Positions 36,299 through 44,611 of a DNA stretch of 64,000 nucleotides are shown piece after piece. A model generated the notes under the pieces. That model saw only the letters and a program-made list of their open reading frames with translations. It searched no databases and had not been told where the DNA came from. The stretch is from a virus. A program made the position numbers and the translations under genes. The stretch's first letter is position 1. The number at the start of each line of letters is the position of its first letter. Location of the stretch: IMG/VR virus record IMGVR_UViG_3300032322_001107, positions 8,850 through 72,849 of that record; one strand, given 5' to 3'.

Positions 36299-36877
36299 TT
36301 ATGCGTATTTCCAAATTCTTCCCTTTGCCGTATTGCACCTTCCAGCAAGAACATTAGATACGCCCTTTCCGTATTTTTTAATTGCAAAACTGGTTGATTC
36401 AAATTTTTCAATATTTCCATTTTCATCAATTCCAATTACTGGTTTCTTCGTTTTTTGATTTCTAGATTTTTCGATGAACAATCTTTTGACTTCTGCTGGA
36501 TCTTTGGGGCGTGAATATCCATTCCGTCTAAAATATTCATTACAAGCATGGCAAATTCCCCTTCTTGATTGTCCGCGACACGGAGCGCCACAATTTTTAC
36601 AATGAGTATTAACTGGTCTCAATTTTGTTTCGCTTTGTTGCTTTGGAGTTGCCCAGCGGCAATTTTTCTTTTCGTAGTTTCCGTTTGGGTCAATTCTGTC
36701 CAAAGATGTTCCAAATGGTCTTGGCCCCATATCCTTGTCAAAATTTTTAAAAATCCTCCATCGATCACAAACCTTAATGCCTCTTGCGCCATACCATTTC
36801 CAAGATTCTCTTTTTGGGTTTGTGCAGCGTTGTATCATTGCTGCCCAACATGAATATGAAGATATTGTTTTAATCAT
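36299..36877 (-). CDS. Free-standing HNH homing endonuclease with NUMOD1-like C-terminus
   Basis: WAAMIQRC, YGARGIKVCDRW, SLDRIDPNGNYEKKNCRWAT; C-terminal TAKGRIWKY; AT-rich. Confidence 0.85.
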   Translation of the reverse strand: MIKTISSYSCWAAMIQRCTNPKRESWKWYGARGIKVCDRWRIFKNFDKDMGPRPFGTSLDRIDPNGNYEKKNCRWATPKQQSETKLRPVNTHCKNCGAPCRGQSRRGICHACNEYFRRNGYSRPKDPAEVKRLFIEKSRNQKTKKPVIGIDENGNIEKFESTSFAIKKYGKGVSNVLAGRCNTAKGRIWKYA

Positions 36878-36915
36878 GTTGCCACAATACATCCTATTAT
36901 GGCAGAAATCAAGAA

Positions 36916-37266
36916 CTATTTAATATTGTCTTCGTTTTCCTCTCCAAAAGTTATTTTATGAGAATCTATTATCCATCCACTTCTTCTAGCTTCTTTTGCA
37001 TTTTTATGAATTTCGTTATGACACAATCGACAAAGCGCGGCAAAAAGACTGTAGTCACAAAGATAGCGACCAACCCTGCCCGCCTTATGATGGATATCTT
37101 GACTCTTCGCCTTCTTACATTTCTCGCATATGGGATGCAGTGCCAAGTAGGCTTTTTTTACCTTTGTATACTCATTGTATTCACGCTGGCGTTTGGGGGA
37201 TGCGCTCCGCAACCTTCCGCTGCGCTTAAGTGGGGTTTTTGAACGAAGTGGAGTTTTTCTTGTCAT
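36916..37266 (-). CDS. HNH/NinG-like nuclease
   Basis: Basic N-terminus, CEKC, DIHHKAGR, LCRLCHNEIH. Confidence 0.75.
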   Translation of the reverse strand: MTRKTPLRSKTPLKRSGRLRSASPKRQREYNEYTKVKKAYLALHPICEKCKKAKSQDIHHKAGRVGRYLCDYSLFAALCRLCHNEIHKNAKEARRSGWIIDSHKITFGEENEDNIK

Positions 37267-37273
37267 ACCTACT

Positions 37274-37462
37274 ATGATCACTTGGAACGATTACAATAAT
37301 ACAAAGCCCGATGCAGAGGGAATCTACCTCATCAAAAACGATGAGTCAAACCCTCCATTAAAGTGGGCCTGCCACTATCACCCCCACCATGGATGGAGCG
37401 GGATTGGACATATCCTTGAACGTGTGATTAAGTATTGGAGTCCATGGCCCGATTCAAAGTAG
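37274..37462 (+). CDS. Hypothetical protein (DUF551-like)
   Basis: W...KP...G.YL...V.YWxxWP pattern. Confidence 0.6.
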   Translation: MITWNDYNNTKPDAEGIYLIKNDESNPPLKWACHYHPHHGWSGIGHILERVIKYWSPWPDSK

Positions 37463-37671
37463 TCTTAACCGTTATCAATGAGGACTCCGTTTCTCCATTC
37501 GTTGTCGGCCCAAGATTTCGTAGGGGGAGGCCCATGCCGATGGAAGCACTCCACACTGAACGTGGCGGTTACTTCTTCGACCCAGAATCAGAAATCGAGA
37601 TGGCCAGAGATTGCGCTGAACAGTTTACCAAATACCTCAATCAAACAGAAACCAAGAAAAAGAAAAAATGA
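37444..37671 (+). CDS. Hypothetical protein
   Basis: ORF in the operon. Confidence 0.55.
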   Translation: MARFKVVLTVINEDSVSPFVVGPRFRRGRPMPMEALHTERGGYFFDPESEIEMARDCAEQFTKYLNQTETKKKKK

Positions 37672-37856
37672 CTAAAGACAAAACATTCATTGTGTGCTAC
37701 GGGGATAAAGTTGTGGAACTCCATGCCTCTGGACTAAGCAAGGAAGAAGCAACCATTGAGTCTGAAAGGCTAACAGGCAAAGGATATAACAACGTTCGTA
37801 TTCGCTTGGAAGATCCCGTCCACCCGACTTGGCCGCTCAACTTTGACGCACAGTGA
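37668..37856 (+). CDS. Hypothetical protein
   Basis: Overlap-coupled ORF. Confidence 0.55.
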   Translation: MTKDKTFIVCYGDKVVELHASGLSKEEATIESERLTGKGYNNVRIRLEDPVHPTWPLNFDAQ

Positions 37857-38863
37857 ATATTGCTTTTGCTTATCACAACGGGGACGCCGAATTAGCCATG
37901 GAGTCGGCCAAGGCGATTACGGCTTTTGGCATCAACATGCGACATAAGGCGACTTTGTGCTGTACGAAAGATACATTTGGAGCTTCTGATATCATCCATG
38001 AACTAAAGAAAAGCTTTCCCGAAGTAGACCAGCTGTTTGTTCAAGACGGATTTGACGGCTGGCCTCTTGGCCCAAACCAGATGTTTGCCGATGTGGCTGC
38101 TGCCATGTACTCAACCAATACCCCATTCTACTTCTGGGAGCCAGATTGTGTTCCCATGAAAGAAGGATGGGCTGACGATCTCGACGCCGAATATCACAAA
38201 CAGGTTGGTATCCTTGGTCATCTCTACGAAGGCGGAATGGCTTCCAATGGAAAAAACATCTACAAAATGATTGTGGGCAGTGCGGTCTACCCTCCTAATT
38301 TCTTAGACTTTTGTCCTTCAGCCCAATCTTTATCAACTTACAATTTGGCATATAGGGAATCGGGAAACGTTCCAGAGCCTTGGGATGTTCGTTGCCGATG
38401 GAACTTTATGGAGATTGGCCGCGACACGCCGCTCATCCGAACCTACTGGAAAAGCGTTAACTACCAATGGAAGGATGGAAAGATCGTTTTTTACGCCGAA
38501 GATCCCGAAGCCCAAGCAGTTCAAGGGGTTACTTGCCCAGATAGAATCATCTCTAGCCAAGCTGTAGTCATCCACGGATGTAAAGACGGGTCTCTCCACA
38601 AAATGGCACAAGAGGGGTTTCCAATGCCGTCAGATTCCATGGGATTAAATACCCCATCGAATTCGATGGGATTAGAGCAAAGCGTCAAAAATGATACACA
38701 AGTGGGGACATTTTGCGATAAAGCCACAGAAGTGGTGCGAAAACCGCCCAAAAAAGCCAAGAAAAAGCGGGTAATCTCGGAAGTAGAGCGCGAACGCCGT
38801 AGGCAGTCCATGATGGAAATTTTGCAAAGAAAGCGTGAACGAAAGGCCCAAGGGGTTGTCTAA
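37853..38863 (+). CDS. Glycosyltransferase-like protein (GT-A) with basic tail
   Basis: GPNQMF, FYFWEPDCVPM (ExD), HGCKDGS. Confidence 0.55.
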   Translation: MNIAFAYHNGDAELAMESAKAITAFGINMRHKATLCCTKDTFGASDIIHELKKSFPEVDQLFVQDGFDGWPLGPNQMFADVAAAMYSTNTPFYFWEPDCVPMKEGWADDLDAEYHKQVGILGHLYEGGMASNGKNIYKMIVGSAVYPPNFLDFCPSAQSLSTYNLAYRESGNVPEPWDVRCRWNFMEIGRDTPLIRTYWKSVNYQWKDGKIVFYAEDPEAQAVQGVTCPDRIISSQAVVIHGCKDGSLHKMAQEGFPMPSDSMGLNTPSNSMGLEQSVKNDTQVGTFCDKATEVVRKPPKKAKKKRVISEVERERRRQSMMEILQRKRERKAQGVV

Positions 38864-38871
38864 CGCTTCCT

Positions 38872-40176
38872 ATGCAAGAAGTCATCTTTGAACCATCCGC
38901 CGAAACCGCCATCCTTTCCTGCCTCTGTCATGCCCCGTCAGAGGATCAGCGCGAGATCCTTTTATCTATAAAGGAAGATCATTTCTACCTTCAGGAGAAC
39001 AAGATCATCTTTCGGGCGGTCATGCGCTGTATCGCCAAGGGGATGCAGGCTGACATCATCAATGTTAAAGGAGAGATCGAAGCTGCCAACGAATACGATA
39101 TCGTTGGGGGTGAACAAAAGATTACAGAAGTTGCAACTTCATGTGTAGCCCATAACAACTGGAAGCGTTACTATCCCAAGCTGGAGGAAGCCCGCTACAG
39201 AAGGTCTCTGGAATACTTAGCCAATGACATGGTTCACAAAGCCAGAGATCGCGAGCTAAAGATTGAAGAACTCAAGAACTGGTCAGAGACCACCGTCATG
39301 CGGGCTGACTACGAGATGGATGATGGTAGTAAGCTTTCCATCAACAACGCCTTGGATCGCGCTGCCCAGAACATCGAATCCACGATTGCTGGAAAACCCT
39401 GTATCGGCATTCGCACTGGCATCACTCCATTGGATGACCTTCTCATGTTTGGCTTGCGCGGCGGGGACATGGTTGTATTGGCCGCAAGACCAGCGGTTGG
39501 TAAGACGGCAAGCGCCCTTCAGATTGCAGAAAACGTGGCACTTAACCAAAAGAAGCGGGTCTTGATCTTCTCTTTGGAGATGACCAGCGTTGCCCTCATG
39601 GAGCGCATGATCCGCTCGCGGGCGAGGGTGGGTGCTGCTGATATCCTTTCTGGTCGGGTGACTCCGCATCAGAAACAGTCTCTCGGACGGGCCGTGCAGG
39701 AAATCCAAGCATCCGAAATCATCTGCGATGACAGTTCGGCCAAATCCATTGGCTATCTCAAGGCGGTAGCTCGCCGCGCCCACCAGCGCACTCCGCTAGA
39801 CCTCATCATCATTGACTACCTCCAGTTGGTTAAGGGCGATAGTAAGCGCGGAAAAGACAATCGCGTGTGCGAGGTGGAAGAGATTAGCGGTGGCATCAAG
39901 GATCTAGCCAAGACCCTTAAGGTTCCAGTTTTAGTGCTGGCCCAACTCAACCGCGACCCAGACAAGCGCGGAGGACGCCCAAGCCTTTCAGACCTTAAAG
40001 GATCTGGAGCCATCGAACAGGACTCAGATATCGTCATTTTAATTCACAACGAAGAGGCGCAGGATCATACACAGATGCCGAATATAGAATTTATTGTAGC
40101 GAAACATCGTGACGGTGGAACAGGAGTTGCTAATATGGCATTTAACAAAGCAATAACTAGATTTGAATTGCCGTGA
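38872..40176 (+). CDS. dnaB: Replicative DNA helicase
   Basis: AARPAVGKT (Walker A), FSLEM, IIIDYLQL, LAQLNR, SDLKGSGAIEQDSD. Confidence 0.96.
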   Translation: MQEVIFEPSAETAILSCLCHAPSEDQREILLSIKEDHFYLQENKIIFRAVMRCIAKGMQADIINVKGEIEAANEYDIVGGEQKITEVATSCVAHNNWKRYYPKLEEARYRRSLEYLANDMVHKARDRELKIEELKNWSETTVMRADYEMDDGSKLSINNALDRAAQNIESTIAGKPCIGIRTGITPLDDLLMFGLRGGDMVVLAARPAVGKTASALQIAENVALNQKKRVLIFSLEMTSVALMERMIRSRARVGAADILSGRVTPHQKQSLGRAVQEIQASEIICDDSSAKSIGYLKAVARRAHQRTPLDLIIIDYLQLVKGDSKRGKDNRVCEVEEISGGIKDLAKTLKVPVLVLAQLNRDPDKRGGRPSLSDLKGSGAIEQDSDIVILIHNEEAQDHTQMPNIEFIVAKHRDGGTGVANMAFNKAITRFELP

Positions 40177-40670
40177 TAAAAAAGCATACATATCAAGAAG
40201 TTTCAAAAATATTAGATTACAACCCAAGCACTGGTCGATTTTATAGAAAAATTAATACATCGGCCAATGGAAGAACTGGACTTGTAAAAGGATATATCAA
40301 TAACGCTGGATACAGAAAAACCAGCGTTTTGGATTATCAATATTACGATCATCATTTGGCTTGGTTGCTACATTATGGCGAATGGCCGCAAAAACAAATT
40401 GACCACATCAACAATAAAAAGTCGGATAACAGAATAAAAAATCTTCGACTTGCTACCGTTAGCCAAAACGGAATGAATCGGTCTTTTCAAAAAAATAGCA
40501 TATCAAAAGAAAAGTGTATTCATTGGAAAAAAGAAAAGAAAAGGTATTTGGTCAGAATTGGCGTTAATAGAAAATATCGACATTTTGGATATTTTAAAAC
40601 AGTTGAAGAAGCAATTGTGGCTAGAGACAAAGCCATCAAAAAACTTCATGGCGAATTCGCCAAAGTTTAA
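40173..40670 (+). CDS. HNH-AP2 homing endonuclease
   Basis: IDHINNKKSDNRIKNLR plus an AP2 domain ending HGEFA; AT-rich. Confidence 0.9.
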   Translation: MIKKHTYQEVSKILDYNPSTGRFYRKINTSANGRTGLVKGYINNAGYRKTSVLDYQYYDHHLAWLLHYGEWPQKQIDHINNKKSDNRIKNLRLATVSQNGMNRSFQKNSISKEKCIHWKKEKKRYLVRIGVNRKYRHFGYFKTVEEAIVARDKAIKKLHGEFAKV

Positions 40671-41273
40671 TTACTCGCTTTGAGCCTGCGTAGCCTTCCA
40701 GCAAAAGGCGGGGAAGCTCAAGCCTTCTCCACCCTGTGTGTCAACTGGAAGATGGACTGAGACCGCATTGTAGCATCCACAAATTCCACAGGCTTTAAGC
40801 TGCTGGTCATAAGATGTTGTTTTTGCTCCCGCAATATGGGGTAGCATTCCAGCAATTCCCTTGCATCCCCAACAGCCAGAAGTGGCAATTTGATTTGGAC
40901 AGGCCGCGCAAATCTTGGCCCTGCGCTCCGCCTCCTCTTGATCGACTAGCTGGAACTTGTTGTCTTTGGCAAAGTGATACATTGCCTTGACCCAACGGAC
41001 AATTTGAGAAAATCCCAAAGTTTGTTTTTCTTGGGTGCATGGCACACAGTTTTCATTGCCAGCCATTCTGTCACAAAGATTGTGTTCTATTTGTGATACA
41101 AGATCCACGGGCGGGGTAATGTTTTTGGAGATCAAAAGCTTCTCGCAATTCGCAACCATATCATGCCAATCGCCTCCGCGAACGGGATCGCCAACAATCG
41201 GACAATTCACCCACCATCCTTGTGGTGGAACATTCGATTTTCTCTCGTAGCAAAATTTCGGAGCCTCACTCAT
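40671..41273 (-). CDS. Cys-rich putative metal-binding protein
   Basis: AERRAKICAACP, CWGC, CGICGC and terminal CW. Confidence 0.65.
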   Translation of the reverse strand: MSEAPKFCYERKSNVPPQGWWVNCPIVGDPVRGGDWHDMVANCEKLLISKNITPPVDLVSQIEHNLCDRMAGNENCVPCTQEKQTLGFSQIVRWVKAMYHFAKDNKFQLVDQEEAERRAKICAACPNQIATSGCWGCKGIAGMLPHIAGAKTTSYDQQLKACGICGCYNAVSVHLPVDTQGGEGLSFPAFCWKATQAQSE

Positions 41274-42036
41274 TGACAACTAACTCCGCTTCATAAGTGT
41301 TGTTTTCGGGAATTTTCATGGATTCCAGCTTGGTGGCAATGTTAATCTGAATTGCATTCTGCTGATTATTGCCCTCAGAAAAGTTGATGGCAGCAGCTTC
41401 TGCCAACTGCTTGATGTTCCGCATCATGCCAAGAGCTTCCATGCCATCTAGGTCTTGCGCGGCATCCGCAGCCTTCACCAGAACCTTTCCAGTCAAAAAT
41501 TTAATCGATTTCTTCATGGTTTCCAGCGATGCCGTGATTTCCGACATAACAGAAGGAACTCCGTCATCTTCCCAAGGGGCGGGAGATTGCTCGTTGACCA
41601 GACGTTCGCGGCATTGAATCCAGCGTTGGGTGTCCCGCCACAAACAAACAGTAGATTCGCTTACCTTCAGTTCCTCGGCAATATCCCGCAGGGTGCGTCC
41701 CGAACAATACATGGAGAATCCCTTAATACACTCAAGCCTACGTTTTTTATCCATCTCCTCCATTCTGGCGGGAGGAGCAACTAGAGCCACGGGACGCTCT
41801 TTATCCCAAGGGTAGAGGTTTTCTGCTTCGGGATTTTCCTGCCAGATCTTGGCATAGTCATCCCATTTCTCGCTATAGATCATCTTTTCAAGAGTGGGTT
41901 TGTGCTTAGTGTCCAAAGCCTTCATCACCTCTGGCAAATCCCTACCAGCAGCATAGAGCCGAAATGCATTCTGTTTTTTAATACGGTTTTCGGGCGCGTC
42001 CCAATCCCGCTCTCCGCTCTTGCGCTTTTTCTCCAT
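41266..42036 (-). CDS. Putative terminase small subunit (tandem HTH)
   Basis: Two HTH repeats (AFRLYAAGRDLPEVM; MYCSGRTLRDIAEELKVSESTVCLWR), a helical region and a QINI tail; adjacent to TerL. Confidence 0.55.
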   Translation of the reverse strand: MEKKRKSGERDWDAPENRIKKQNAFRLYAAGRDLPEVMKALDTKHKPTLEKMIYSEKWDDYAKIWQENPEAENLYPWDKERPVALVAPPARMEEMDKKRRLECIKGFSMYCSGRTLRDIAEELKVSESTVCLWRDTQRWIQCRERLVNEQSPAPWEDDGVPSVMSEITASLETMKKSIKFLTGKVLVKAADAAQDLDGMEALGMMRNIKQLAEAAAINFSEGNNQQNAIQINIATKLESMKIPENNTYEAELVVNE

Positions 42037-42064
42037 CCAGATTAGTTTAGTATAAATTTCATAA

Positions 42065-43906
42065 ATGGCAACAGTTGATCAAGGAATAGAGAAATACGGG
42101 AGGTTGTGGTTACCCAAAGACGGACAGGCGATTACGCCAATCCGCATCGAGATGGATGCCTTCTTGCAGGGACTTACTCCCGAAGAGGGAGGACTCGGAA
42201 AGGCTCGCCATTATCGTAATATTGTCTCTGCTATATGGCCCACATTCCAGTGGCACAGGTGGGCAGAACTCAGCGCACAAGCATTCTGCAACCAAATTTA
42301 CGAGGTAGATGAGGCTACGGGCAATCGATTCGTCCGAAGCGTGACAGGTCTCGCTGGCGGAACAGACTCTGGCAAATCCTACGGGATGGCGGCGTTTGCG
42401 CTGGTCAATTGGTTCTGCGACCCCATCAATACGATGACAATTGTTGTCTCTACGTCCAAGATTGACGCCAAACAGCGTATCTGGGCGGCACTGGTCAAGA
42501 TGTATCGTGAAGCCCGAAACATGGGGTTGGCATCTGGCAGGCTCATTGAGTCCATGGATATCATCAAGCTCTCAGACGAAGAGGGGGCCGTGATCGATCC
42601 CGAAACAGGAGTTAGTGATGCCTCATCTATTATGCTTTTGGCGGCGGGTGATGAATATAAAGATGACGCCCAGAAACGACTTCAGGGTAAGAAGAATCGT
42701 CGCATCGTGTTAATCGTGGATGAGCTTCAGGATTGCGCGAATTCTGTAATTACCCAAGCTATTTGGGGATTTAAGGGCGCACAGGAGCTTTACATTGTAG
42801 GCGCGGGAAACCCTGCCTCCATCTTCGATCCCCACGGGAAGTTTTGCGAACCCATCAAGGGATGGATGAGCGTGGATGAGGAAACTCCGAACTGGAAGAT
42901 ACGGGTAGCGGGAATTGAAGGTGTTTGTATTCGATTTGACTCTGAAAAAGACAACCCAAACCAGCAGTCCTTCGATGCTGGTAAGGGACTGCGCTATCCG
43001 TTTCTTCCAAAACCCAATGATGTGGCGTTGGCCCGAAAAGAACTCGGAGAACTTAATCCCCAGTATTGGAGAAAGTTTCGGGGCTTCTGGCCTCCTGCTG
43101 ATGCTGATGACTCCACGATTGTCTCTGATATCCTATTGGCTCGCCATGGTGCGCTAGACAAACCGATCTGGGATGGAACCCCGAAAGATATTGCTGGCAT
43201 TGACCCAAGCTATACTGAGGGCGGTGATAGATTTGTGTTTACCCACCTTAAGTATGGAAAATTAATCAGTGGAAAATGGGCGATAGCTGTTGAGAAACAG
43301 TATGTCCTCAACCGAAGGGCGGGGTCTCAAGAAGACTTCCAATACGAAATGATCCAACAAATCCACGATCTCTCTCTTAAGTTGGGAATTCCAAATCAAT
43401 GGATGGGCGTAGACGCCTCGGCTGGTGGTATCTTTTGGTCGATTGGAGAAAGGGAACTGCTAAAGGGTTGGCACGCAGTAAGTTTTGCAGGAGCGGCTTC
43501 AGATCTTCCAGTAAGCGCCCAATACGCCATGAGGAACGAAGCCACGGGAAAACCCCAAGTAGGCAAGGAATTGTTCCACAACATGGCGTCAGAACTTTGT
43601 TTCGCCGCCCGATACTTCTTGGAGTGTGAACAACTCAAGGGAATCACCCCAGATCTGGCATGGGAGATGACCCAGAGAAAGTATGTGCGCCGAACCCGCA
43701 AGATTATCATTGAATCCAAGACCGACATGAAAAAACGGATTGGAAAGTCTCCCGACTTATTTGACTCATTTGCAGTCGGATTGTTTGTCGCCCGCAAGGT
43801 ATTTGGAGCCATGGCTGGTAGTGAGGCGATTGAGGAAAAGAAACGGCTCAATAAAGAAACGTTCAAGAAGCTTAAACAAGCCTTGACTATAAGGAAGAAT
43901 TGGTAG
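42065..43906 (+). CDS. terL: Terminase large subunit
   Basis: GGTDSGKS (Walker A), LIVDE (Walker B), GAGNP, and nuclease motifs GIDP, GVDA, SPDLFDS. Confidence 0.92.
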   Translation: MATVDQGIEKYGRLWLPKDGQAITPIRIEMDAFLQGLTPEEGGLGKARHYRNIVSAIWPTFQWHRWAELSAQAFCNQIYEVDEATGNRFVRSVTGLAGGTDSGKSYGMAAFALVNWFCDPINTMTIVVSTSKIDAKQRIWAALVKMYREARNMGLASGRLIESMDIIKLSDEEGAVIDPETGVSDASSIMLLAAGDEYKDDAQKRLQGKKNRRIVLIVDELQDCANSVITQAIWGFKGAQELYIVGAGNPASIFDPHGKFCEPIKGWMSVDEETPNWKIRVAGIEGVCIRFDSEKDNPNQQSFDAGKGLRYPFLPKPNDVALARKELGELNPQYWRKFRGFWPPADADDSTIVSDILLARHGALDKPIWDGTPKDIAGIDPSYTEGGDRFVFTHLKYGKLISGKWAIAVEKQYVLNRRAGSQEDFQYEMIQQIHDLSLKLGIPNQWMGVDASAGGIFWSIGERELLKGWHAVSFAGAASDLPVSAQYAMRNEATGKPQVGKELFHNMASELCFAARYFLECEQLKGITPDLAWEMTQRKYVRRTRKIIIESKTDMKKRIGKSPDLFDSFAVGLFVARKVFGAMAGSEAIEEKKRLNKETFKKLKQALTIRKNW

Positions 43907-43922
43907 ATTCTATTTGCCATTT

Positions 43923-44285
43923 ATGGCTCAACTACCGATTGCCGAAGCTGATATCTGCATATTTCAGGGGGCAACTTTCAATCAAACATTGTTTTATGAG
44001 ACGGGCGAACCCTCGGCTCCAGTTAATCTTGCGGGGTTTACGGCTAAGATGCACATTCGGTCAAAGCCCGAATCCAAAGCACTAATTCTTGAATTGTCCA
44101 CAAGTAATGGTAGAATCGTATTGAATGAAGCTACGGGATCTATTAGACTGTTTATTTCGGCATCTGACACGGCATCGCTCTCGGTCTGTGATAAAGCCGT
44201 ATATGACCTTGAGCTATACAACGGGGCCGTCACAACCCGAATCCTGCAAGGCAATGTTATCATTTCACCAGAGGTTACACGATAA
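43923..44285 (+). CDS. BppU-like fibre/baseplate adaptor
   Basis: QGATF...VNLAGFTAKMHIR...YDLEL...RILQG..ISPEVTR. Confidence 0.7.
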   Translation: MAQLPIAEADICIFQGATFNQTLFYETGEPSAPVNLAGFTAKMHIRSKPESKALILELSTSNGRIVLNEATGSIRLFISASDTASLSVCDKAVYDLELYNGAVTTRILQGNVIISPEVTR

Positions 44286-44609
44286 ATGAGCAAGATTTGT
44301 ATCCCCATTCCTTCTTCAAGTGTTATAGGTGTATCCTCAACCCCGATTTCCACACCAAGTGTTAATATCCTTCGTGTCGAACCATCAATTACAGGACTTG
44401 ATGGCGGAGGAACAACCAATCTAGACAGCCTTAATACAGTCAGTGGAACCTATGCGGTTGGTATTGTTATTTTTCTTATTCTCGATGGGCTTCCTGCCAT
44501 CTATCAACTGACCAATGGCACCGATGCCCAAAATCTTCCTTTTGTAGTCCGACCCAACGACTATGATAGCCAAACAGGAACCAAGCGGGTTTGGAAGCGA
44601 CTAATGTAA
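44286..44609 (+). CDS. Virion-associated hypothetical protein
   Basis: LDGGGTTNLD...RPNDYD...WKR; located in the fibre block. Confidence 0.6.
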   Translation: MSKICIPIPSSSVIGVSSTPISTPSVNILRVEPSITGLDGGGTTNLDSLNTVSGTYAVGIVIFLILDGLPAIYQLTNGTDAQNLPFVVRPNDYDSQTGTKRVWKRLM

Positions 44610-44611
44610 CA

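Noticed and set aside
38872-43906. Inteins or introns in DnaB or TerL
   Set aside because: Both ORFs are uninterrupted and of ordinary length, with no intein terminal motifs; the HNH genes are free-standing.
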